In this document: positions 49,786-58,607 of the stretch, piece after piece
How the letters are laid out: the number at the start of each line of letters is the position of its first letter
Position numbering within the stretch: position 1 is the first letter of the stretch
Assembly (NCBI GenBank): GCA_046754465.1
Contig: JBHHVU010000016.1
Coordinates: 1-59,415, forward strand
Source: Nitrospinaceae bacterium
GTDB taxonomy: Bacteria > Nitrospinota > Nitrospinia > Nitrospinales > VA-1
Direction: 5' to 3'
DNA length: 59,415 bases
Translations under genes and position numbers: made by a program
Notes under the pieces: generated by a model
What the model saw: only the letters and a program-made list of their open reading frames with translations
Databases searched by the model: none
Told to the model about the DNA's origin: nothing

Positions 49786-50742
49786 ATGAAATCCGTATTC
49801 AAGACAGGGTACCTCGCCGCGGCGGGATATCTCGAACCCCTCGTTGGTGAACTCGAGGGCGTGCGGGCGATTCATGGGCGCTTGGTATTGACGGACCGGC
49901 CGGTCCAGAATCCTTTCTGGGCGCAAAATATCTGGCTCGATCCGGTGGTGTTGCCCATTCAGTCGATCTCCGATGGGGTCCACCGGCTCCAGTCCATTCA
50001 GCGGAACTGGTGGCTGTATTCTTTTCACCTGCACCGCCGGGCGAAGCTGATCCAGGACCAACTTCCCCACGTCTCGGCCAAGCCGGTTCCTTTTCCCTCT
50101 CCTCTGCCCGCCTCGCCACTGGGTTCCTGGACGCTGTTGGACAAGAATACGATTCTGGCGTCTCCCCGGTGTTCGAGTTTATTTCCCAATGGGGAGGTGA
50201 ATTTTCAGGAGGACCGGGAAGGTCCGCCCAATCGTGCTTATTTGAAGCTTTGGGAAGCGTTGCTGCGGGTCCAGGAATACCCCCGGCCCGGTCAATTTTG
50301 CATCGACGCGGGTGGCAGCCCGGGCGGTTGGGCCTGGGCGATTCATCGGCTGGGAGCCCGGGTGCTCAGTATCGACCGCTCGCCCCTGGACCCCCGGGTG
50401 GCTTCCCTTCCGGGGGTGACCTTCGAGAAGCGCGACGTGTTTTCCCTGAAGCCGGATGAGTTCCTGGATTCCCGTCAGGGGGTCGACTGGCTGTTCAGCG
50501 ACGTGGTTTGTTTCCCGGAAAAACTTCTCCATTGGCTGACGCCCTGGGTGGAATCGGACATTTGCCAAAACCTGGTATGCACCGTGAAATTCCAGGGAAC
50601 CAGTGACTATGCCGCCGCCGGAAAATTCGCCGCCATCAAGGGGAGTCGAATGATCCATCTGTATCACAACAAACATGAATTGACCTGGATTTTGTTGAAG
50701 CCGGACCGCGGCATCAACCGTCAAGAGTCAGGTCCGTCTTAG
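49786..50742 (+). CDS. SAM-dependent RNA methyltransferase, RlmM/FtsJ-like
   Basis: PPNRAYLKLWEAL, DAGGSPGGW, SD, K, HNKHE (K-D-K-E tetrad-like). Confidence 0.8.
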   Translation: MKSVFKTGYLAAAGYLEPLVGELEGVRAIHGRLVLTDRPVQNPFWAQNIWLDPVVLPIQSISDGVHRLQSIQRNWWLYSFHLHRRAKLIQDQLPHVSAKPVPFPSPLPASPLGSWTLLDKNTILASPRCSSLFPNGEVNFQEDREGPPNRAYLKLWEALLRVQEYPRPGQFCIDAGGSPGGWAWAIHRLGARVLSIDRSPLDPRVASLPGVTFEKRDVFSLKPDEFLDSRQGVDWLFSDVVCFPEKLLHWLTPWVESDICQNLVCTVKFQGTSDYAAAGKFAAIKGSRMIHLYHNKHELTWILLKPDRGINRQESGPS

Positions 50743-51994
50743 GGATGGAGATGCACGTGAGGCAGGATCGCGCTTCCGGCTGAATGCCCGGTTCCACCAC
50801 GTAAGTGACCAGTCCTCTTTTGATGGCGGTGAGGCAGGTGCCGCAATTTCCAGCCCGGCATCCGGATTCGAGGGAAATTCCGTTTTCCTCGGCGAAGGCC
50901 AGGATGGAGCCCGCCGCGGGGTTCCAGGGCAGCGTCTTTTGGGATTTGGTGAACGTGATTTTGATGGAAGATCCCGTTTCCGTGATTTCGCCGGCCACCA
51001 GTTTTCGGACCGTATCGGAATTGAAAGCTTCATAGTGGATATTTTTTTTGGGAACCCCCCAACCAGCAAGATCCTGCCTAAGGCTTTCGATCATTTTGGG
51101 AGGGGCGCAAATATAAAATTCGTAATTATTGGAAGGAAGAACCTGTCTCAACAGATTCCCGGAGATTCGCCGCGGGTGATGAAAGTCCCTTCCCAGGATG
51201 TCCGATTCACAAGGCCGGCTGTAACAAACGTGGAGGGACACGTTTTTATTTTTGTTCACCACGTTTTCCAGATGTTCCTTCATGATATGGTCGGAACCGT
51301 TGCGAAAACCCAGGAACAGCCACGTTTCTCGGGGGAAGAATTCCCTCCGAAACCCCTTTTCGGTGATAGCATTGAGCATGCTCAATATCGGGGTCACCCC
51401 TACCCCTCCGGAGATCAAGACCACGGGAGTTGTTTGGGTGGTGTCGAGATGAAAGTGGCCACTGGGGGCCTTGACGTCGACAATATCCCGTTCCTTCAGG
51501 GAATGGTGGAAAAAATTCGATCCCAAGCCCGGCGGAGCGCCGGGAACCCCCTTGGGGGGCGGGAGGCGCTTGATGGTGACCCGATAATATTCGGGGTGGT
51601 TGGGGCTGTCCGAAAGTGAATAACAGCGGATGAGGGGTTTGGTGCGCCCGGGAATATTCAACTTGAAGGTCAGGTATTGGCCGGGAAGAAAGGGGGGAAG
51701 GTGTTTGCCGTCGTGGGGAGAAAGGTAGAACGAGGTGACGTCCTTGGTTTCCTTAACCTTCAGAATGATCTGGAATTTGCGGAATCCGTTCCAAAACGCC
51801 TTTTCGCTCTTGAAATCCAGGCGGAGTTGATCGGTAATTTGGTCGATCCGGGCGCGAAGCAAGTCCGCCTCGAGTTCGAATCCCCGTTTGGTGATCGAGG
51901 ACACGCGGACCCTTTCGCTTGTCAACTGAAGGACGTAACGGATCAGTAGAACAAGAAAAACCAGGGCGGCCAAACCGATTATCGTGTCAAGCAA
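50714..51994 (-). CDS. Membrane-anchored FNR-type FAD/NAD(P)H reductase with C-terminal [2Fe-2S] ferredoxin
   Basis: N-terminal TM, PGQYL, RCYSLS, GGVGVTP, YICAP, EAF, CRAGNCGTC...LTC. Confidence 0.92.
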   Translation of the reverse strand: MLDTIIGLAALVFLVLLIRYVLQLTSERVRVSSITKRGFELEADLLRARIDQITDQLRLDFKSEKAFWNGFRKFQIILKVKETKDVTSFYLSPHDGKHLPPFLPGQYLTFKLNIPGRTKPLIRCYSLSDSPNHPEYYRVTIKRLPPPKGVPGAPPGLGSNFFHHSLKERDIVDVKAPSGHFHLDTTQTTPVVLISGGVGVTPILSMLNAITEKGFRREFFPRETWLFLGFRNGSDHIMKEHLENVVNKNKNVSLHVCYSRPCESDILGRDFHHPRRISGNLLRQVLPSNNYEFYICAPPKMIESLRQDLAGWGVPKKNIHYEAFNSDTVRKLVAGEITETGSSIKITFTKSQKTLPWNPAAGSILAFAEENGISLESGCRAGNCGTCLTAIKRGLVTYVVEPGIQPEARSCLTCISIPKTDLTLDG

Positions 51995-52068
51995 AATGCC
52001 TCCTATGGATGGGGTCCGGGTCTGCTGTGATCATTATAACCCGTAAGATGAATTCGACCGCAAAAGGA

Positions 52069-53952
52069 TCAGGATGGGTGTTTTGCTAGAAGCATATCTT
52101 TTTTGAAGCCGGGCTTGAAGTGATAAACATGACAAAGCTGGCAATTCTGCTTGACCTTTCCCTCGGTATGGCATTCCAGGCATGTGCTCCGTTCGATGGA
52201 ACTGAAATTGCTTACAAAATGACCGGGTGCGAAAGCGTCGAAGGAAGAAAGATAATCGGCGTCCTTGTTAAGAAGGTGGCAGTTCATGCAGGTGTCCCCC
52301 TTTCCCAGGATATCCAGGTGATTCTTGTGGGAGTATTTGGAGTAGGGTCTGTTTCTGGGCCCCAGGTATCCCCAATGGACGGTTAGGAACTCTTTCCCCT
52401 CTTTTGTTTTTTCGGCGGTGACAGCATGGCATTTGATGCATCCGCCGACCCCTTCCTTGGGAGAAAGCATCTGATCCCTTAAGGCCAGGGCGCGTTCCGA
52501 TTTTTCCGAGTCTTTTTCATGGGGGGCGATGGTGAGGGCAAAGTCGACCCAGCTCTTGGCCACGGGGTCTTTATGGCCCACGGGGGTATAGCGGATTTCC
52601 AGAAGATCGGCATGCCACCCACCAAAGCTTGCCTGGGCCGGGGGCTCGTATTCCACATTCAATCCCCAGGCGCACGCCGTCCGCTTGATGACCTCCGGGT
52701 TGAGTCCGGCCAGCATTTTTTCCGCCACCGGGACCGGGGAATGCCGGTCGATCAACTCGGCCAGGGGGGCCGTGCTTTTCTCCACCATGGCCAGGATGAG
52801 TTCCTGCAAATTCTTGCTGTAAACTTCCGGATCATCCTCGGGGACATTTAAAAGATAAGCGCTGACCAGGGAGACCGTTTCGGTGGAAATGCTCACGAAC
52901 TCTTCGTCTTCCGCGCCCCCCTCCGATGGGTCCTTCGGGATGTGGCAGGCCTCGCGCACTTTCTTCGGATCAATGCGGTTGACATCCAGTTCGGGCAAAC
53001 GCACCAGAACCAGGTCTTTTTTGGGGATCTGGGCCGCGTGGCATTTCGCGCAGACGACATCAAATTTATCCGGCGGGACGATCCGTTCTTCCTGGGTGAC
53101 CTTGTGACATCCCATGCAGGTCGAGGGCGCGTTCGCGGAATATTTCGGGTCGGCAAAATATTTTTTCAGATGGGAAACATGATCGAACTTAATGCTGTTT
53201 CTCCTTGTGTGGGGATAATTGGAGGGGAATTCAGGGTGCCCCTTGGAGAAACTCTCGAACTGGGTCCGATGGCAAAAATTGCATTTTTGGCTGTTAAAAT
53301 CTTCAGTGATCAAATGCGCACCCTTGTGTTCCCGGTGGCACATCAGGCAATTCGTGGGTTGAAGGCCGGGGTGCTTTTTTAAATCGCCATTATGGGCTAT
53401 GTTGTCGGGTCCGCCGAAGGTATGGCAATCGCCGCATTTGGAGGAGAGGTCCAGCGGCTGGAGCACGGCCCGAAGCCAGGCCGCGGTCTTCAGGTTGTGG
53501 GAAACGTGGCAGATGGAACAACCCTGTTTCTCGGTGAATTTGATATGGGAGCTGGAAATGGGGCCCGGGCTGATACTGAAATGGTTGCTTTTCAGTTGGT
53601 CCAGGATCCATGAAATACAAAGCAGGGCGGCGACCATGCCCACGGCAAGGATCGCCAGGCGGCCGCGGTACACTCGAAACGTGGGGGTGGGCACACAGGG
53701 GGGATGACGGTGCGCACACTGGCCCGTGGGGGTCGGGCCCTCTTCGCAGGTGCCGCCGCCGATGGCGGGCCGCCGGCATTCCCAGTGGTCGCCGATTAAA
53801 ACGGGGGAACATTCTGTGGTGCCACCACACGTGCCGTCGATATGCGGTCCCTGGTGACACGGTTTGAGCCAAAGAGCCCCCCGTCCGCACCGGTAAGGGA
53901 AATTCGGACGCTCGTAGGAGCTATGCTGGTGGGAGAATTTGTGTTCATTCAT
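52069..53952 (-). CDS. Membrane-anchored decaheme cytochrome c with N-terminal Cys-repeat domain
   Basis: 10 CxxCH motifs (CSICH, CGDCH, CLMCH, CNFCH, CMGCH, CAKCH, CIKCH, CMNCH, CLECH, CQLCH) after one TM; ATG coupled to the upstream TGA. Confidence 0.9.
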   Translation of the reverse strand: MNEHKFSHQHSSYERPNFPYRCGRGALWLKPCHQGPHIDGTCGGTTECSPVLIGDHWECRRPAIGGGTCEEGPTPTGQCAHRHPPCVPTPTFRVYRGRLAILAVGMVAALLCISWILDQLKSNHFSISPGPISSSHIKFTEKQGCSICHVSHNLKTAAWLRAVLQPLDLSSKCGDCHTFGGPDNIAHNGDLKKHPGLQPTNCLMCHREHKGAHLITEDFNSQKCNFCHRTQFESFSKGHPEFPSNYPHTRRNSIKFDHVSHLKKYFADPKYSANAPSTCMGCHKVTQEERIVPPDKFDVVCAKCHAAQIPKKDLVLVRLPELDVNRIDPKKVREACHIPKDPSEGGAEDEEFVSISTETVSLVSAYLLNVPEDDPEVYSKNLQELILAMVEKSTAPLAELIDRHSPVPVAEKMLAGLNPEVIKRTACAWGLNVEYEPPAQASFGGWHADLLEIRYTPVGHKDPVAKSWVDFALTIAPHEKDSEKSERALALRDQMLSPKEGVGGCIKCHAVTAEKTKEGKEFLTVHWGYLGPRNRPYSKYSHKNHLDILGKGDTCMNCHLLNKDADYLSSFDAFAPGHFVSNFSSIERSTCLECHTEGKVKQNCQLCHVYHFKPGFKKDMLLAKHPS

Positions 53953-54758
53953 CACAATAGATATACATGGACCACCACCAGGTGCCAGGTGACCAGGGCC
54001 AGGGTCGAGGCCGCCAAGGGAAGATGAATGAGGAGCCAGGTTTTCAGAACCGTTTGCAGGGAATAATGAAAATCGATTTTTCTTTTCGTTTCGGCGAGGG
54101 TGAAGAGTTTTCTCAAATAACCCCGCTCCTCCAGGTTGAGGTAACGCTCCAGATCGAAAAACTGCTGCCGGACCCAATCCCGTTCGATTCTGCCGGAGAA
54201 AATGTTCTTCATGACAAAACGGGGCCGCTGGAAAAACCAATGTAGGGATTCCAGGTAGTGGGTGGCCAGGGTGTCCCGGCCGGTTTCGCGGGTGCAGGCC
54301 AAAAGCAGTTCCTTGGCTTCTTGCCGGAGGCCGCTGATCTCTCCCGGAATCCGCTCGAAAATGAATTCCATACCCGTTTGCGTGAGACGGGCTGGGAAGA
54401 TCATTTGGATCGCCATGCCCACGATGCCCGTCAAGGATACCGCATAAAAGAGGAAAGCCAGAACCTGCTCATAGAGCCCGTGGGGCCAGAAGGTACCCGT
54501 GTGCAGCCAATAGGCACCCAGGGCGAGGAATCCTCCCGCCGTATGCAAATGCCACCAGGCCGAGTTGCGGGCGAGCGGCAGGACGGAAATTTTTTTCCGG
54601 ATGTTAAAGAGCGACAAGAGAATGAGGATGCCAAACAGAACCCATCCCGTAGCGAGGGAAGAAAAACCCAGGTGGCCATCGACCTGGGTTTTCCAGGCCG
54701 CCAGGAAGAAAAAAAAGCCACCCGCCGTGATCCAATAATAAGGCCAGGTTTTAGCCAT
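53952..54758 (-). CDS. Polytopic membrane protein with His pairs in TM helices (candidate heme b anchor)
   Basis: About 5 hydrophobic segments; WWHLH...YWLH and LLIHLP...TWHL. Confidence 0.75.
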   Translation of the reverse strand: MAKTWPYYWITAGGFFFFLAAWKTQVDGHLGFSSLATGWVLFGILILLSLFNIRKKISVLPLARNSAWWHLHTAGGFLALGAYWLHTGTFWPHGLYEQVLAFLFYAVSLTGIVGMAIQMIFPARLTQTGMEFIFERIPGEISGLRQEAKELLLACTRETGRDTLATHYLESLHWFFQRPRFVMKNIFSGRIERDWVRQQFFDLERYLNLEERGYLRKLFTLAETKRKIDFHYSLQTVLKTWLLIHLPLAASTLALVTWHLVVVHVYLL

Positions 54759-54766
54759 GGGAAATC

Positions 54767-56530
54767 CTAATGGTCCAACAGGCCGTCGGGCCGCACCTGA
54801 CGAAAGTCCACCCGATGCAATGCCTCGTGAGAACAGGCCTGGACACAGGCCGGTCCGCTCAGCTGATCCACGCATAAATCGCATTTGGTGGCTTTGAGAA
54901 TGGGTTTGCGGGTTTCGACGTCGTGCAAAAGTTTTTCCTTTTCGTCTTTTATCGCCACCATGCGGATATTTGAGTAGGGACAGGAGTTGGCGCAGGTTTC
55001 ACAGCCGATACAGGTATCATCGTTGATGATCACGGTCCCCTCCGGAACCGTCCGGTGAATGGCGCCGGTGGGGCAACCGATCAGGCAAACGGGGTCCACG
55101 CATTGCATGCACGCGTTCGCCACCATCCAGTTCCCAAAGGTTTTGCCATGGCGGATGAACCGTGGGTTCCCCCCATGCGCCGCGGCGCAGGCATCCACGC
55201 AATCGTCGCAACGGACGCAACGGTCCAGGTTGATCAGCATCGTCTGCGTGCCGTTGATGAATCGTTCCTGGACCATCCATTCCAGGAGCGATTCATCGGC
55301 CATGGTCTGTTTGAACGGGTCCGTGCCGTGCCGCCCTTTGTTAGGACGCCCGTTTATTTTATGCAGCCATGGGTGCGAGGAATCCAATTGCCGAAAAACA
55401 TATTTTTCCAGGAATTTGGCGGGGACCCGCAGAATGTCAACGTAGCCGAGGGCGGTGATGGAGACTTTCAAGGAGACATCCTTTTCCCCTCTCCACGTCC
55501 GGTAGAGTTCATCGATTCCGTAATAATTTCCGGCTCCCAGATAGGTCAGGGTATGAGGTCCATCGTCTTTTTGCACGGACACCCGGGCAAAACCCGCGCG
55601 GACCATGATGAGGTCGTCGGGGTAATCGCCCTGCCGGGCAATCAACGGCTCGTGTTTAATGCCGGATTTACCCATGCTCTTCAGGTTCTTATAGGAAACC
55701 GTCCAATCATAGGTTCCATAGGATTTGAACAGGGTATTCTGGGACACGTCCTGAAGGGCATCATCATCCAGTTGCTGGAAGAGGGGAGTTTTTCTCAAAT
55801 AGGTGATCAAGGTGCTTTCGCTGTAACGCTTTTCGATCCGGCGGCGCCAGTTCTCATCATATTTTCTAAATTCCCGCAGACCCTGCCAGCGGATTTCCAG
55901 AACCTCCGAATGGGTTTCGGAAAACACGGTGGCCGTGCGCGGGATGCGGCCCAGGGCCGCCAGTTCGCCAAAAAGGGCGCCCGATTCCAGGACGGCGGTT
56001 TTATTGGAGTTCAATACAGCGGGTATATCCTGAAGATAAACATGGGTGTGAACCGCATCGTTCCCGTCCCGGTGGAGGGCCTGGTTCCTGTAATGGTGGT
56101 CGTCCCGGATTTCGGGAATTTTTCGATTCATCCAAAGCTGTGACAGGGCTTTCCACACACTTTTTTTGCGGCTTTTTTTGCGGCCCAGCAAATAACTGGG
56201 CAGGCCGGGGGAAAGAACCACGCGCAGCCTGCCGCCCAAGACCAAAAAGGCCGAGTTCCCGTAGTCGCCTTCCCGGATAATGATGTCCCCGGGTTTGTAC
56301 CGGATGATGCGGGTATCATTTTTCAGGATACCTTCGAGAGGAACGTCCGGAGGAAAATTTTCCCGGGCAATGGCCGCGATCTCCGGAACCGATAACAAAC
56401 GTTGTACCTCCGGGCCGGTCATGTCCGGACCAAACGGTTTGTTCCATCTTTGCGGCGGTGAAATTTCCGTTACTTCCTGGATCCTCAAATTACCTCCACC
56501 GAATCCTGGGAGAAAGAAAACCTTCCCCAT
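54767..56530 (-). CDS. Tandem cNMP-binding domains fused to a 4x[4Fe-4S] DmsB/NrfC-like ferredoxin (start uncertain)
   Basis: IIREGDYG...FGELAALGRIPRTATV; second degenerate cNMP domain; CVRCDDCVDAC, CMQCVDPVCLIGC, CIGCETCANSC, CDLC..PACVQAC. Confidence 0.92.
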   Translation of the reverse strand: MGKVFFLPGFGGGNLRIQEVTEISPPQRWNKPFGPDMTGPEVQRLLSVPEIAAIARENFPPDVPLEGILKNDTRIIRYKPGDIIIREGDYGNSAFLVLGGRLRVVLSPGLPSYLLGRKKSRKKSVWKALSQLWMNRKIPEIRDDHHYRNQALHRDGNDAVHTHVYLQDIPAVLNSNKTAVLESGALFGELAALGRIPRTATVFSETHSEVLEIRWQGLREFRKYDENWRRRIEKRYSESTLITYLRKTPLFQQLDDDALQDVSQNTLFKSYGTYDWTVSYKNLKSMGKSGIKHEPLIARQGDYPDDLIMVRAGFARVSVQKDDGPHTLTYLGAGNYYGIDELYRTWRGEKDVSLKVSITALGYVDILRVPAKFLEKYVFRQLDSSHPWLHKINGRPNKGRHGTDPFKQTMADESLLEWMVQERFINGTQTMLINLDRCVRCDDCVDACAAAHGGNPRFIRHGKTFGNWMVANACMQCVDPVCLIGCPTGAIHRTVPEGTVIINDDTCIGCETCANSCPYSNIRMVAIKDEKEKLLHDVETRKPILKATKCDLCVDQLSGPACVQACSHEALHRVDFRQVRPDGLLDH

Positions 56531-56606
56531 GGAGAAAATATCGGGGATGCGGGATTAAAAATCCCGTCCTCCCAACCGTTCCTTTCGACCCGTGAAAAAA
56601 CGTCCA

Positions 56607-57623
56607 TTATTTATAGTCCTTATTTTTGGGAAGGAGGTTTCCGATTTCACGGGTCAAGTTTTTGCCGGCAATTGCGGCGATGAGCTTCCGCGCGTTTTTT
56701 TCATTGGGCGCCTTAATAAAGGCCGCCGCTTCCGGCACGCTACGCAAGGCCGAAAGGGCTGCTCTGGAATCCGAGGCTCGTTTTTCCTGCGCCGACCGGT
56801 ATTTAGGGTTTTCGGACTTGGTCAAGACGGCCAATGCCGAAACCAGTTTCGCAGCCTGGCCGATGACGAACAATTCCGCCAACTGGGGGGGGGACATTTC
56901 CGCGTTGGTCGTCACATGGGGCGCGTAAAAACGGTGCCGGATGGAGCCCTGGGAATATTTCACCAGTTCGAAATCCGGGTTGATGGGGTGCCCGGCATCC
57001 AGCATTTTCCCCAGGACCTCCGCCGTGAGGCCGGGGTGGGCCAAACCATGACAGGTCATGCAATTTTTCGCGACATCGTACTTCATGTTCGGCCAAATGA
57101 GCTCCGCCGCCCTGGAGGCGGCATATCGCTCCGCTTTGTGTTTGGGCGTTTCATCCTCCCGGTTGATGTTTTTTCCTCCATAGTCGTCGTGGAGGCGAAG
57201 CCAGTCCGATGATGCCCCGTGGCAACTCTCGCAGGAGGTCCCCGACTTGGCGACCCGCTTGGCGTCCGCATTCTTCTGCACCATGGTGTAATGACACAGG
57301 TTGCACGTTTTGTTTTTTTTCATGTTCCGGGAACCTTTAACGGCCGCCAGGATCTTCTTGGGAGAGGGCCTTCCTTCTTCCTTGGGTTCCCGGTGCGCGT
57401 TGCGGAACGACTTAAAATGTTTCGTTTCTTTCCAAACCTTGAATTCCTCCTCATGGCATTCCCGGCATACCTTGGCGCCCTTGAAGAAGGCCTTGGCCCA
57501 ACCCGGGGAGGGGAGACAAACCAAAACCCATGCCAGGACCAATCCGCCAAGAAGAGAAAATGAATAATCCCTACACGGCATAAGCCGCGAGGGTTTGTTC
57601 CGAGGATTTTTCAAAAAGTTCAT
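56607..57623 (-). CDS. Periplasmic tetraheme cytochrome c (c554/c552-like)
   Basis: Signal peptide; CRECH (followed by WKETKH), CNLCH, SCESCHG, CMTCH. Confidence 0.9.
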   Translation of the reverse strand: MNFLKNPRNKPSRLMPCRDYSFSLLGGLVLAWVLVCLPSPGWAKAFFKGAKVCRECHEEEFKVWKETKHFKSFRNAHREPKEEGRPSPKKILAAVKGSRNMKKNKTCNLCHYTMVQKNADAKRVAKSGTSCESCHGASSDWLRLHDDYGGKNINREDETPKHKAERYAASRAAELIWPNMKYDVAKNCMTCHGLAHPGLTAEVLGKMLDAGHPINPDFELVKYSQGSIRHRFYAPHVTTNAEMSPPQLAELFVIGQAAKLVSALAVLTKSENPKYRSAQEKRASDSRAALSALRSVPEAAAFIKAPNEKNARKLIAAIAGKNLTREIGNLLPKNKDYK

Positions 57624-58451
57624 CGGGGATCACCCCTATCCGAAAAATATTTTCAGGTTCCCTTTTATAGGTAGGGCAGCGAGCCCGTTCAAAAGGTCAT
57701 TTATTAAACGATCGGAACGGTGTAATGAAATTACCGGGCAAAATGTTTTGGTCGCGATTGAAACCGGAATGAAGGACTTCCATACTTGATAAGAGTTTAT
57801 TGAATTCGCAAATCCGGTGGCGGGCCACAGTGCTGATTCGATTTTGGCGACAAGATTTAAATATTTCCCTAAATTTTATCCCATTCGTCTTTCAACATTC
57901 CATAAAATTTTTATTTATTTTATACTATATTAACCGAATATGTAAATTTATTGAGTTTTCTGCTACGAACGCCAATATTCTTAAAGAACCTCCAAATTTA
58001 TCTTTATTTTTAGAATGTTATGTTGTAGGTGACGGCCTTTCGGGGTCATCGGGATATATAAAAAAAGACGAATTAGGTGAACTTTTGCTACCAATATTTA
58101 AAAATTTGATATAAAATCATCCATAATTTTGGGGGTATTAAAAACTTTTACTCTCCATGTATTTTGATAGCCAATTCCCGGTTCCGGCCACCCCTTTCCT
58201 GGGGGAAGGGATTCTTTCTGAATAGGCGCAAAGAGAACCGCGGATGAAGCGATAGCGAAGGTTCCATGGTTTTTGGGAAGGGGTGGAAAATGCGGCCTTC
58301 TTTTTCCCCGGTTTCTCTATTTTCAGAAAGCCGAGCTCTTGCATCATAATAACACCCCACGTCTAATAATTTATAAATTAACTGGAAACCCAATGCATGA
58401 TTTCACCCGCAATAGATTGAAGAATTGGTTTCTTACCCCGTTTGTTTTGTT

Positions 58452-58467
58452 TGGCTCAGGTTTTGCT
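58452..58467 (+). promoter_or_regulatory. sigma54 (-24/-12) promoter candidate
   Basis: TGGCTC-aggtt-TTGCT, GG-N10-GC, about 140 bp before the multiheme lipoprotein gene. Confidence 0.6.
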
Positions 58468-58607
58468 TTTCCAATATTCAATGATTTCTATTAGGCAAAT
58501 AAAATTTTGACAATTCCGGGACCCTCCCAAGGGTTTTCCCGGCCGGGACGGAAAAGTTTCGCCGGTCGTGAACGATTGGGTGGGAGGCTCGCTGGGAGAT
58601 ATGAGAT

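Noticed and set aside
53953..54240. ORF-track N-terminal extension of the decaheme cytochrome (723 aa)
   Set aside because: Overlaps the membrane-protein gene; the ATG at 53952 is coupled to its TGA and is the better start.
57800..58494. Short ORFs in the AT-rich spacer, or a horizontally acquired island
   Set aside because: Composition is unlike the genes here and there are no mobility genes or flanking repeats; better explained as regulatory DNA.
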